Shown piece by piece: positions 1 to 10,049 of a stretch of DNA of 64,000 nt. Positions within the stretch are counted from its first letter, which is position 1, and each line of letters begins with the position of its first letter. The position numbers and the translations under genes are program-made. A model generated the notes under the pieces. That model saw only the letters and a list, made by a program, of their open reading frames with translations, made no database searches and was not told the origin of the DNA. Source of the DNA: an uncultured bacterium (GTDB lineage: Bacteria; Acidobacteriota; HRBIN11; JAKEFK01); NCBI GenBank assembly GCA_963777505.1, contig CAVZQN010000001.1, forward strand, positions 416,001 to 480,000. The letters are read 5' to 3'.

Positions 1-2
1 CC

Positions 3-143
3 GATTTCAGTGATATTATCACGACGATGACTGACGAACAGGAACCGAAGCCTGGTGGACAAATTTTAGGATGTGTTTTCGCCGCCGGTCTTGTCATGTT
101 TATTTTTCTATTCTTATTTATATTCATGCGTTCCTGCGCATAA
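3..143 (+). CDS. 3' end of an unknown protein with a C-terminal membrane anchor (partial at window edge)
   Basis: Open frame DFSDIITT...GQILGCVFAAGLVMFIFLFLFIFMRSCA* ends with TAA at 141-143, 7 bp before the next ATG. Confidence 0.5.
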   Translation, partial: DFSDIITTMTDEQEPKPGGQILGCVFAAGLVMFIFLFLFIFMRSCA

Positions 144-150
144 AAAAGCA

Positions 151-714
151 ATGAAACTCAAATTTGTAGGTCTCGGTGGAAGTTTTCGTACAAAATCGTC
201 AAGCTCAAAAGCACTGACAGTTCCATTGAACTATCTGAAAGAACGGGGTCATGATACGAACATTCTTTTGCTTTCCGATCTTAAACTACCTGGATTTGAA
301 ACCTCCGAAGAACTTGAAGACTATCCGGAAGGCGTTCGTTACATGCTCGATGAAGTTCGTTCAGCAAATGGATTGATCTTTGCGACACCGGTTTATCACG
401 GAACGTTGAGCGGCGGCTTGAAAAATGCTTTGGATTTTTTCGAATATCTTTCCGCCGATAAACCACCTTACTTAACAGGCAAAGTGATCGGGCTCATTTC
501 AACTTCAGGAGGAATTCCTGGAATCAATGCCATCAACACGATGGATTATGTCAGCCGTGCTTTACATGGCTGGGTTTGTCCAACAACAGTTGCCATCGCA
601 AACAGCTGGCGTCAGTTTGATGATGACGGCAACCCTAAGGAGGATGTTTTGCGCGAACGCCTCTTACAACTCGGACGCGAACTTGAATTTGCTGTCACAA
701 AATTTCAATCATGA
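151..714 (+). CDS. NADPH-dependent FMN reductase (SsuE/flavodoxin-like)
   Basis: GSFRTKSSS, ATPVYHGTLSGGLKNALD and GKVIGLISTSGG motifs; likely start at ATG 151; ATGA overlap with the next gene. Confidence 0.9.
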   Translation: MKLKFVGLGGSFRTKSSSSKALTVPLNYLKERGHDTNILLLSDLKLPGFETSEELEDYPEGVRYMLDEVRSANGLIFATPVYHGTLSGGLKNALDFFEYLSADKPPYLTGKVIGLISTSGGIPGINAINTMDYVSRALHGWVCPTTVAIANSWRQFDDDGNPKEDVLRERLLQLGRELEFAVTKFQS

Positions 715-2093
715 AAATTTCATTTTTAGGCGCGACGCAAACCGTAACCGGTTCACGCTTTCTTGTTGAAGATGATGGAATCCGCGTTCTTGTTGATTGT
801 GGATTGTTTCAAGGACCCCGTCTGTGGAAAGAACGGAACTGGGCTGCCCAACCTGTAGATCCAAAAACCGTTGACTGCGTCGTTCTTACGCACGCACACA
901 TCGATCATGCAGGCTTTCTTCCCAGATATTACCGGCTGGGTTTCCGCGGACCTGTTTACTCTACCCCCGCAACAGCCGAACTTTCGGAATTGATGCTGCC
1001 TGATTCAGGACATCTTCAGGAAGAAGATGCTGCATTTGCGAATAAAAACAGACATACTCGTCACGATCCTGCGCTTCCTTTATATACGGAAGAGGATGCA
1101 CATCAAGTCTTACGCCAGTTTCAACCAGTTGAGTTTTATACCCCTTTTCAACTTTCGAAAAATCTCTCATTTCAATTTTTGCGCGCTGGACACATTCTTG
1201 GCTCAGGAATGGTGGAAATGAAATCGAAAGATCCATCCATTCAGTTGCTTTTCAGTGGTGATCTTGGCCGACCAGTTCAGTACATTACGAAAAAGCCTGA
1301 TGAAGTTGAAAGCGCTGACTACTTAATTCTTGAATCAACGTATGGCAACAGAAAACATCAATCGGTAGATGTGCGTCAAGCAATTGCAGAGGTGATTCGA
1401 AAAACTGCAGCACGTGGCGGAGTTTTACTTGTCCCTGCTTTTTCAATCGGACGCACTCAAGAATTGTTATTCATTTTACGGACGCTTGAAGAAGCCCGCG
1501 AAGTTCCAAAGCTTCCTGTTTGGATCGATAGCCCGATGGCGATTCATGCAATGCCTATTTATCACAGGCATGATATCGATTTCTCTGCTGAATTAGAAAA
1601 GATCGCCGTTCATGATCCGACACCATTTGTTTGTCATCATATTCACACCGCTCAATCGGTAGAGCAATCAAAGGAACTGAACAATATCAACCATCCTGCC
1701 ATCATCGTTTCTGCAAGTGGAATGGCTACAGGCGGAAGAGTATTGCATCATCTTAAACAGAGAATTGGGGATCATCGCAACACAATCCTCTTTATCGGAT
1801 TTCAAGCACAAGGAACCAAAGGACGTTTGCTTGTTGAAGGCATAGAAGAAATCAAAATTCATGGACAGTATTACCGCGTTCGTGCGGAAATCATCTACAT
1901 GGATGGATTATCCGCTCACGCGGACTACGACGAGATGCTGGATTGGCTCGCGTATTTTAAGAAACCGCCGAAGAAAGTATTTTTGGTTCACGGAGAAGAG
2001 GAAGCAAGCCATGCAATGGCTTCAAAGATTCGCGAACGTTTTCAGTGGAACGTTCACGTACCCACCTATAACGAAACCATCGACCTTGCTTAG
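711..2093 (+). CDS. MBL-fold beta-CASP metallo-hydrolase (Ysh1/CPSF73-like RNase)
   Basis: LGATQTVTGS, THAHIDH, AGHILGS, SGDLG, ESTYG, SASGM, SAHAD and VHGE motifs. Confidence 0.93.
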   Translation: MKISFLGATQTVTGSRFLVEDDGIRVLVDCGLFQGPRLWKERNWAAQPVDPKTVDCVVLTHAHIDHAGFLPRYYRLGFRGPVYSTPATAELSELMLPDSGHLQEEDAAFANKNRHTRHDPALPLYTEEDAHQVLRQFQPVEFYTPFQLSKNLSFQFLRAGHILGSGMVEMKSKDPSIQLLFSGDLGRPVQYITKKPDEVESADYLILESTYGNRKHQSVDVRQAIAEVIRKTAARGGVLLVPAFSIGRTQELLFILRTLEEAREVPKLPVWIDSPMAIHAMPIYHRHDIDFSAELEKIAVHDPTPFVCHHIHTAQSVEQSKELNNINHPAIIVSASGMATGGRVLHHLKQRIGDHRNTILFIGFQAQGTKGRLLVEGIEEIKIHGQYYRVRAEIIYMDGLSAHADYDEMLDWLAYFKKPPKKVFLVHGEEEASHAMASKIRERFQWNVHVPTYNETIDLA

Positions 2094-2159
2094 CGCCTCG
2101 CGGATTAGTCGGCTGATTCAACACAAAGGCCAAACACGAAGAATCAATTATTAATTCAT

Positions 2160-3867
2160 TTAATTATTTGAACCTTTAACTCGGGCCTCGCGAAAGTCAC
2201 TGTCCAGGAAGTTTCTTAGGCCTCTACGGTTATTATCCTCATATCGTTGGTTGATTTCGCGTTCTTTTCTGCGCTGACGCGCTTCGGATTCAGCGCGGGA
2301 CCAATAGTAGTCGTTGTAATCTACAAATCGGATTGTTTCGGCAAGTTGCGGATGTTGATCACGAATCGCATCCATCATCTGTTGTGAAATACGTCTGTAG
2401 CTTGGATGTCCTTGAGGTGTAGTTCGTAGCTCAATCAAATGCATCGCTTCCCGGAAATTCATTCCCATCGTCCAACGGATTTTGAATCCAAACAGGACAG
2501 CATATTGTGCTAACTCGGGTGATAACTCGCGCGACATCCGTTCATGCAACTTCGCCGAACGGTCATAACACTCAAGAACGCGTGCAGTAAAACCAATCTT
2601 TTCGATTTCCTCAGCAACATCAAATCCAAGATATGGGACTGAGAAGCTGACGCTGTTGTGTCAGCATCCGATGACGCTGTAAGTCACGATATGCACCAAA
2701 ATCCGCCTGAATATCAAAGGTCAGAGGATATCCTGCTTCAAAAGCCCTTGCGGGACGATCCCGCCGTGACTTTCTTGTGCCCGTATACGATTGCAATAAT
2801 TCACTACGCTTATCATATGATAGTTGTCGTACTATATCCAATAATTGCCGGAGGGGGTGCCTGCAGTAATCGTAGAGACTTAAGGCCAAAGTACGATCCA
2901 ACAGATCTTGACTCGATGAAAGCAGGGGCAGCAAAACGCAGGGGTCTTCATCGGCAGGAACAATTCCGTGGAGCAATTCGGCGGTAAAAACCCGCATCTG
3001 GCGTTCAACCTGGGCCGAATATTCATCTCGTTTTGCCCGTTTAACAAATTTGGGAATAACTTTGTTTAGCTCAGCATGAGCATCAGCCGCACGCCGGCTG
3101 CTTTCCGGAAGTTCCTGGCTGTACAAGCGAGTCAAAAGATTTTGATAATATCGGCCGTTCCCAAATAACCCTACGTTTGTCAGTGTAGATGCAGGAAGAA
3201 GGTCGCGCAGGATATCACAAGCTTTTGTACGAAGATCTGCAGTGTAAGTAATTCGAAATTGTTTTTGCAGAGCTTCACTGTCCATCTGCGAATATTTTTC
3301 TCTAGAAGAAACGTCACGGACTCCATACTCTGCTTCTTCCATCGGCTTCAACTTTCTGAAATATTCAGACAAAGGCTGCACGGCCGAAGCATATGTATCG
3401 AAAATGAAATCCATCGTTTTGATGTAATCCCCGCCTACTTGGGAATCGAGAATTTCTTGACCGCGGTAATACTTGTATTGCCCGTTTAGATCTTTTTGAT
3501 CGTAAAAAACATACCGTGTTGATTGTTCAATCGGTGAACCGCCGATCCTTCGATCTTCGACAACCTTTGTAAGGACGTTTGAAATTTGTTCAAGTGCTAG
3601 ATGTGCGCCTTCAAGTTCGCCCACACTGTCGTCGCCGTATTCATTCAGAATGCGTTCAATGAGTTCTTGCGTACGATTCACATTGAGCTCACCGTCTTTT
3701 AGAAATTCTTTTAAAAGTGTACGGCGAAGCCCTGTTATTGCACGGCTGTAACGTGCATAAATCGGCCCTGCAAGCCCGGGAATCGTTACACAAAACGTAT
3801 TGCCGGTTGGATTTGTCACATACCGCGAAAGGATTTGAATTTCTTCAGATGTAAATTCCTCAGACAT
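2160..3867 (-). CDS. thyX: FAD-dependent thymidylate synthase, tandem Thy1-domain type; one +1 frameshift near 2636
   Basis: ARYSR, YGDDSVGEL, EQSTRY, LLPASTLTNVG, RDLQRHRM and ELRTTPQGHPSYR motifs; removing one C of CCC (minus strand, about 2636) fuses ORFs 2620..3867 and 2160..2549. Confidence 0.85.
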
Positions 3868-3960
3868 TAGGAACTCATTCTAACTAGAAAAATGTGAAAC
3901 ACAAAAACGACTTTGCCATATAAAAATTCGTGAGAGAATCTTAGGCTTGAAGAAAAGAGA

Positions 3961-4026
3961 GAGGATAGAGAATAGAGGATGGAGGATAGAAGCTCATCTA
4001 TTCTCTATCTTCTATCCTCTATTCTC
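3961..4026. repeat. Inverted heptamer tandem repeat (GAGRATR x4 / TATYYTC x4)
   Basis: GAGGATA GAGAATA GAGGATG GAGGATA ... TATTCTC TATCTTC TATCCTC TATTCTC read directly in the divergent intergenic region. Confidence 0.75.
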
Positions 4027-4042
4027 ATAAATAAGGAGGCGC

Positions 4043-6298
4043 GTGATGCGTTTAACCGGAATCCTTGTCGTGATCGGACTTGCAATCTTTTCCAATCTAC
4101 TGTTTCCATCAACTGATAAGCCCTTGCTGGGTTATTCTGAAAAACAAGCTACAGAGCAGTTCGCTCTAGAGTCGAAATTCGACAGTCAGTTAAAAGCTGA
4201 AAATCTAAAAACCTGGATGCAGCGTTTAAGCGCAAGACCGCATCACACAGGTTCCCCATATGGAAAGGACAATGCAGAATTCATGGCCGGATTGTTCCGA
4301 TCGTGGGGATATAAAACTGAAATCGAAACTTTTCACGTCCTCTTTCCAACTCCAAAAACACGCGTTCTTGAGATGATTGAACCTGAAAAATATTCAGCCG
4401 TACTCACAGAACCTGAGATAGCAGAAGACAGCACCTCAGGTCAACAAAAAGAACAGCTTCCAACATATAACGCCTTCTCACGAGATGGTGATGTCACAGG
4501 CGAACTTGTTTACGTGAATTATGGCGTGCCCAAAGATTACGAAGAGCTGGAATTACGTGGAATTGATGTTCGTGGAAAAATTGTAATTGCGCGTTATGGC
4601 GGTTCATGGCGCGGAGTCAAACCAAAAGTAGCCGCCGAACATGGCGCGATTGGTTGCATTATTTATTCCGACCCGAAAGATGATGGTTATTACTTTGGAG
4701 ATGTATATCCGGCCGGTGGTTGGAGAAATGAAAATAGTGTTCAACGTGGTTCTGTTATGGATTTCTCTGAACACAGTGGAGATCCGCTAACACCTTTTAT
4801 TCCCGCCACGAAGGATGCAAAAAGAATTCCGCGCGAAAAGTCGAATAATATTACCAAAATTCCAGTGTTACCGATTTCGTATAAAGATGCACTTCCTCTG
4901 TTGCGCTCGTTGAAAGGTCATGTGGCTCCTGAAGCATGGCGCGGAAGTTTGCCGATTGCATATCATCTTGGGCCTGGTCCTGCGCGAGTTCATCTCAAAT
5001 TAGAATTTAACTGGGACATTGTACCTATATATAACGTGATCGCACGGATGCCTGGACGCGAATTGCCGGATCAATGGATCATCCGCGGAAATCATCATGA
5101 TGCATGGGTTAATGGCGCGACCGATCCAATCAGCGGAATGGTTGCCTTGATGGAAGAAGCAAGAGTCATTGGTGAACTTGCGAAAACTGGTTGGCAACCA
5201 AAACGCACGTTGATTTTTTGCGCATGGGATGCAGAAGAACAAGGACTTCTTGGTTCGATCGAATGGGTGGAAGCACACAGGGATGAACTTCTTCAGAAAG
5301 CTGTCGCTTATATCAATTCAGACAGCAATTCACGTGGATTCCTATCGGTTCAAGGATCACAAACTCTTGAAAAGTTTGTCAATCAGATTGCCCGTGATGT
5401 TGAAGATCCGTTCAAAAAAGTCAGTGTTCTTCAGCGAAAACGTGCAAATCTGGCGATAGCAGGAAGCTCCGAAGATCAGAAAGAAATCAGAAAGCGCGAC
5501 GATCTGAGAGTACCAGCCATAGGATCTGGATCTGATTACACTCCTTTTATTCAACATTCTGGAATTGCATCGCTTAACATTGGCTTCGGTGATGAAGAAG
5601 AATACGGCCAGTATCATTCCATCTATGATTCCTTTGATCATTACATAAAATACATGGATCCAGGCTTTGAATACGGAGTTGCCCTGGCAAAGACGGGCGG
5701 ACGAAGTGTACTGCGTCTTGCGAATGCGGAAGTACTTCCATTTGAATTCACCGGAATATCCGAAAGCATTTCCGGATATGTAGATGATTTGAAAGAACTG
5801 GCAGATAAAATGAGGGATGAAACGAATGAAAAAAATCTTCGAATTAAGAACAAAGAATATGAACTGTTATTCGATTCAAGAAAAAAGTTCGTAGCGCCTT
5901 CTTCACAGGATCCTGTCCCTTATTTGAATTTTGCACCCTTAGAAAATGCAGCCGCAAAACTGGAAGAAAGCGCCAAAAATTACAAACGCAAATATGATGC
6001 TGACATCTCATCAGGAAATACTCCTGGCAGTGAAAGTTCACAGAAGTTGAATGCAATCCTTATGAAGACAGAACGAGCATTAACACGAAAAGAGGGATTG
6101 CCTGGTCGCCCGTGGTGGCAGCATCAAATCTACGCACCGGGAGTTTATACCGGCTATGCCGCAGTACCATTACCTTCTATCAGTGAAGCGATCGATCAAA
6201 GGAAATGGAAACTTGCGGAAGAACAAATTGTAGTCGTTTCAGATACGTTGGAGAAATTCGCAGCCGAAATCGACCGCGCAACAGAAACATTACAATAG
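4043..6298 (+). CDS. M28 family glutamate carboxypeptidase II-like peptidase (PA and transferrin-receptor-like dimerisation domains)
   Basis: Signal peptide; VYVNYG, GNHHDAW, DPISG, WDAEEQG, GSGSDY, YHSIYD and GLPGRPW motifs; AGGAGG RBS. Confidence 0.92.
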   Translation: MMRLTGILVVIGLAIFSNLLFPSTDKPLLGYSEKQATEQFALESKFDSQLKAENLKTWMQRLSARPHHTGSPYGKDNAEFMAGLFRSWGYKTEIETFHVLFPTPKTRVLEMIEPEKYSAVLTEPEIAEDSTSGQQKEQLPTYNAFSRDGDVTGELVYVNYGVPKDYEELELRGIDVRGKIVIARYGGSWRGVKPKVAAEHGAIGCIIYSDPKDDGYYFGDVYPAGGWRNENSVQRGSVMDFSEHSGDPLTPFIPATKDAKRIPREKSNNITKIPVLPISYKDALPLLRSLKGHVAPEAWRGSLPIAYHLGPGPARVHLKLEFNWDIVPIYNVIARMPGRELPDQWIIRGNHHDAWVNGATDPISGMVALMEEARVIGELAKTGWQPKRTLIFCAWDAEEQGLLGSIEWVEAHRDELLQKAVAYINSDSNSRGFLSVQGSQTLEKFVNQIARDVEDPFKKVSVLQRKRANLAIAGSSEDQKEIRKRDDLRVPAIGSGSDYTPFIQHSGIASLNIGFGDEEEYGQYHSIYDSFDHYIKYMDPGFEYGVALAKTGGRSVLRLANAEVLPFEFTGISESISGYVDDLKELADKMRDETNEKNLRIKNKEYELLFDSRKKFVAPSSQDPVPYLNFAPLENAAAKLEESAKNYKRKYDADISSGNTPGSESSQKLNAILMKTERALTRKEGLPGRPWWQHQIYAPGVYTGYAAVPLPSISEAIDQRKWKLAEEQIVVVSDTLEKFAAEIDRATETLQ

Positions 6299-6303
6299 CA
6301 ATT

Positions 6304-6369
6304 TGTAACGCCGGCGTCTCGTCGGCTTTTCTAGATTTACCGCTGAGTCTCAGAGCCTTTGCGGTAAAT
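6304..6369. repeat. REP-like hairpins between convergent-free gene ends (GTAACGCCGGCGTCTCGTCGGC and ATTTACCGC...GCGGTAAAT)
   Basis: Two adjacent inverted repeats; the second shares TGAGTCTCA and GAGCCTTTGCGGT with 42784-42820. Confidence 0.55.
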
Positions 6370-6387
6370 TATTAATAAGGAGGAACT

Positions 6388-6819
6388 ATGGCTACCAATG
6401 TAAAACCAATTCCTGATGGATATCATTCGATCACACCGATTATTCAAGCGGCTGGCGCATCTGAATTTATCGATTTTTTGAAAAGCGCTTTTGACGCCAG
6501 AGAAATTAAGCGTTACGCAGATCCAAACGGTACGATCATGCACGCAGAAATTCAGATCGGCGACTCAAGAATAATGCTTTCGGATTCGTCGGAAGAATTT
6601 GAAGCATGGCCAACTCGCATTCAGCTATATGTAAATGATGTTGATACAACTTACAACAAAGCCCTGGAGGCAGGTGCCACATCACTACGCCCGCCTACCG
6701 ATCAGTTCTACGGAGACCGCAGCGGCGGAGTGAAAGACAAATGGGGCAACCAATGGTGGATCGGGACACATAAAGAAGATTTGACACCGGAGGATATCGA
6801 GAAACGGATGAAACATTAA
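6388..6819 (+). CDS. VOC/PhnB family glyoxalase-like protein
   Basis: PIPDGYHSITP, HAEIQIGDS and DQFYGDRSGGVKDKWGNQW motifs. Confidence 0.92.
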   Translation: MATNVKPIPDGYHSITPIIQAAGASEFIDFLKSAFDAREIKRYADPNGTIMHAEIQIGDSRIMLSDSSEEFEAWPTRIQLYVNDVDTTYNKALEAGATSLRPPTDQFYGDRSGGVKDKWGNQWWIGTHKEDLTPEDIEKRMKH

Positions 6820-6838
6820 CCAAATGTAAGGGGGACCG

Positions 6839-7408
6839 ATGCCTGCAAATCTTGTTGTATTTGCAATCTTTCTGACCTTTGTGATTGTGCTGATATTTCG
6901 CAGCATAAAGATTGTTCCAGCTACAAAAAAGATGATCGTGTCCCGATTGGGCCGTTTTCATGCAGTCCACAACTCCGGGATGGCAGTGCTTGTTCCGTTT
7001 ATTGATAAAGGAACACTTGTGGATATGCAACGCCAGACGATCGAATTAAAAATCGATAAAGCTTCAATCCTGGATAGTTCGCCTGTGAATTTGACGATTC
7101 AAATTGGATATTCTGTTGTTGATCCAGCAAAGGCCACGCTGAATGTCGCCGACTACAAATCTGCAATTTTGACACTGTCAGAAACGCAAGTCAGAAATAA
7201 CTGTTCGGAAGCAACCCTTACAGAAGTGCTGGCGGAACGGCCTAAACTTCAAGAGAAAATTCGAGATGCTGTGAATGCCTCCGCACGGGAATGGGGTATC
7301 AATGTTGATGATCTTGTTATCAGTTTTGTAGATGTTGATGAAAACGTTCAGCACGAATTGCGCCGTAAGGCTGAAGCCGAACGCTTAAGACGTTTGATGA
7401 CGGAATGA
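6839..7408 (+). CDS. SPFH/band 7 (stomatin/paraslipin-like) membrane protein, short form
   Basis: N-terminal TM helix; RLGRF..G..VLVPFID, VVDP.KA and WGINV motifs. Confidence 0.85.
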   Translation: MPANLVVFAIFLTFVIVLIFRSIKIVPATKKMIVSRLGRFHAVHNSGMAVLVPFIDKGTLVDMQRQTIELKIDKASILDSSPVNLTIQIGYSVVDPAKATLNVADYKSAILTLSETQVRNNCSEATLTEVLAERPKLQEKIRDAVNASAREWGINVDDLVISFVDVDENVQHELRRKAEAERLRRLMTE

Positions 7409-7444
7409 CTACCCACAATCGATTACTCGCATAGATTTAGAAAT

Positions 7445-7966
7445 ATGGAACTACAACTTTTTCGCATCATAGCAGGCGCGTTATTGTTATTGTCAGGACG
7501 CCGTCTCTTCTGGCTGTTTGTTGGTGTTCTTGGATTTTTGGCAGGGATTACATTTGCGACTCAATATTTTTCAGGCCAACCTTCATGGATGTTATTGCTA
7601 GTAGCTGTGGGGTGTGGACTTATTGGAATTTTACTAGCAGTATTCCTGCAAAAACTTGCTATTGCGATTGGAGGGTTTCTCGCCGGAGGATTGTTCACAC
7701 AAACATTCGCTCAATCGATCGGATGGAATATCGCTCCACTGATTCCATTCGTACTTGGCGGCATACTTGGCGCGATTCTTCTGTCAGTACTGTTTGATTG
7801 GGCATTAATTTTCTTGTCTTCCATCACAGGAGCAATCCTTATCTCTCGCGCGCTACCCTTAGATCCGACAATGAATCTTGTCGTGTTCGTTGTGTTGCTG
7901 ATCTTTGGTATCTTTGTTCAATCCCGATATTTTGCTCCGCCAACGGCTGATAGAAAGCTTGCTTGA
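7445..7966 (+). CDS. DUF4203-like integral membrane protein
   Basis: GRRLFWLFVG..GFLAG motif; about 6 TM helices. Confidence 0.75.
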   Translation: MELQLFRIIAGALLLLSGRRLFWLFVGVLGFLAGITFATQYFSGQPSWMLLLVAVGCGLIGILLAVFLQKLAIAIGGFLAGGLFTQTFAQSIGWNIAPLIPFVLGGILGAILLSVLFDWALIFLSSITGAILISRALPLDPTMNLVVFVVLLIFGIFVQSRYFAPPTADRKLA

Positions 7967-7975
7967 CATCCGAGA

Positions 7976-8539
7976 TCAATCATCGTCATCATCCTTTTTT
8001 TCTGCTTTTGCAAGTCCTGCTGATGCCTCAGCAATGCTTTGCATTTGTGCGTTCAGGCTTTCGGAAATCTTACTCATCGAAACCATTTTCTGCAGATAGT
8101 ACTTTTTGTCTTCGTTAGAATCCTTGATACTCTCTTTCATTACTGAATGGAGAGCTTCCATAATGTTTTTATTCTGTGCGCCTGGCTTTAGTTGATCCGC
8201 CAATTTCACGGCCTCATCCTTTTTCTGGGGTGAATCGTAGTCTCTGAGATTCTGCAAGTATTCTGTGACTTCCTTTTTCGCTGTATTGAAGTACTTCACC
8301 TTGTCTGCATAAAATCTCAGATCTTCAGTAGTTTGCATGTATGATTCGCGCAGCACATCTTGAACCAATGCATTTGGATCGACGGCACCCCCTGAATTAG
8401 CACTTTCAGTAACGAAGCTATCCCAATGGCTTGCAATACCACGATTTGTTTTTTCAGCTTGTATTGGCTGAGTGGAATTATTCGATTTGATTTCCGTTGA
8501 TTGAGGCTGAACAGCGGGTTGATCCGGTTTTATTTTCAT
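7976..8539 (-). CDS. Hypothetical helical protein with an internal duplication
   Basis: 187 aa; AGGAG RBS; polar disordered N-terminus; two similar helical segments. Confidence 0.7.
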   Translation of the reverse strand: MKIKPDQPAVQPQSTEIKSNNSTQPIQAEKTNRGIASHWDSFVTESANSGGAVDPNALVQDVLRESYMQTTEDLRFYADKVKYFNTAKKEVTEYLQNLRDYDSPQKKDEAVKLADQLKPGAQNKNIMEALHSVMKESIKDSNEDKKYYLQKMVSMSKISESLNAQMQSIAEASAGLAKAEKKDDDDD

Positions 8540-8567
8540 GGCGAAGGCTCCTAAATGCTATTCTGAT

Positions 8568-9986
8568 CTATCTCGATGTCGAATTCAACGATTGTGCAAT
8601 TTGATCGAGAATCGACAGGGTTTTACGGACATCGTCTTCTGTGGTTCGAGGATTGATGGGACACAAACGGAGTACGATCTTTCCCCGAATTTGCGTAGTG
8701 AGAACCAGGGCAAAACCATTCTCAGTCATACCTCGAGCAATTTCTTGGTTTAATTTGTTAGCATCCTCAATTGAAATTCCTTGAGGTGCATAACGAAACG
8801 TCACAATCGCCATTTGAGCTGGCGTAACAATCTCCCAATCTTTCATTCCAGAAATTAACGACTCCGCAAATTCTGAAATTCGAAAACCATGTTCGATTGC
8901 TGCTGCGAAAGTATCACTGCCGAATACCTTTAGCGACATCCATAATTTCAGAGCCCGAAACGATCGTGTCAATTGAATACCATAGTCACAGAAGTTTATT
9001 TCTTCCGCACCACTTTCAACATCTTTCATATATTCTGGCAAGATTTGAAATGTTTGTTTCAACCAGTTACGATCGCGCACCAGAACACATCCAATTTCAA
9101 AAGGTTGAAACAACCATTTATGTGGATCCATAGAAAGTGAATCTACTTTGTTGATCCCTTGCAATAATTGCTTGCCGCGTTCACACAACACCGCAGCGGC
9201 CCCGTAAGCGCCATCAACATGCAGCCAGATATTTTGTTCTTTGCAAAAGTCTGCAAGTTGCGAGATGGGATCAATCGCACCTGTATTCGTTGTTCCTGCA
9301 TTTGCGACAACACAGAAAGGACGTTTCCCTGCCCTGCGATCAGCTTCAACTGCTGATGACAACAAGGAAAGATCGATCCGCAATTGATTATCGCTTGAGA
9401 TTTTCCTAAATTGATCTCGTTGAAAGCCAAGTATACTTACGCCCCGTTCGATCGATGAATGAGTTTGATCCGAACAATACACAATCGCGTTATCCATCTT
9501 TCCACCAAGATGTATGTTTCTTGCGGTCGCGATCGCTGTAATATTTGCAACAGATCCACCGCTAACAAATAAGCCGCCACCTTCTGCAGGAAGGCCGCAA
9601 GCATCACGAAGCCATTCAATCGTTAACAACTCCACTTCAGCCGGGCCTGAAGCTTCCAGCCATGTTCCGGCAAACACATTTAATCCCGAAGCAAGCGTGT
9701 CGGCCATTGTGCTCACAAAATTCGAAGGGCTTGGAATAAATGCAAAAAAACGAGGATGATCGGGATGCATCATTGCATCCTGAATCTTTTGCTGAAATTC
9801 TTGAAGCACTGCTTCAGCAGACATTCCATTTTTCGGAATCGGCTCCCGCAACCTTGTTTCAAGCTCATTACGACTCAGATGATTTGTAACAGTTTGATTG
9901 CTGATAGTTTCAAAATGATCTACAAGAAGATCGATTACACGATAACCAAATGATCGCATTTCTTCGCGGCTGAGTTTTAGCATCAT
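8568..9986 (-). CDS. Group II PLP-dependent decarboxylase (aromatic-L-amino-acid decarboxylase-like)
   Basis: HPRFFAF, SGGS.AN, AGTTNTGAID, HVDGAYG, DPHKW (PLP Lys) and RALKLW motifs. Confidence 0.93.
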   Translation of the reverse strand: MMLKLSREEMRSFGYRVIDLLVDHFETISNQTVTNHLSRNELETRLREPIPKNGMSAEAVLQEFQQKIQDAMMHPDHPRFFAFIPSPSNFVSTMADTLASGLNVFAGTWLEASGPAEVELLTIEWLRDACGLPAEGGGLFVSGGSVANITAIATARNIHLGGKMDNAIVYCSDQTHSSIERGVSILGFQRDQFRKISSDNQLRIDLSLLSSAVEADRRAGKRPFCVVANAGTTNTGAIDPISQLADFCKEQNIWLHVDGAYGAAAVLCERGKQLLQGINKVDSLSMDPHKWLFQPFEIGCVLVRDRNWLKQTFQILPEYMKDVESGAEEINFCDYGIQLTRSFRALKLWMSLKVFGSDTFAAAIEHGFRISEFAESLISGMKDWEIVTPAQMAIVTFRYAPQGISIEDANKLNQEIARGMTENGFALVLTTQIRGKIVLRLCPINPRTTEDDVRKTLSILDQIAQSLNSTSR

Positions 9987-10049
9987 GTCATTTTAATCCA
10001 CTCTGTCCATCTTTGTGTCTTTGTGGTTGAATATTTTCTGAGGTGATTT

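Noticed and set aside
711-2093. MBL nuclease as an anti-phage defence gene
   Set aside because: It is a typical housekeeping beta-CASP protein with no defence-type neighbours.
2620-2640. Programmed ribosomal frameshift in thyX
   Set aside because: There is no slippery heptamer, and the same +1 pattern recurs throughout the window.
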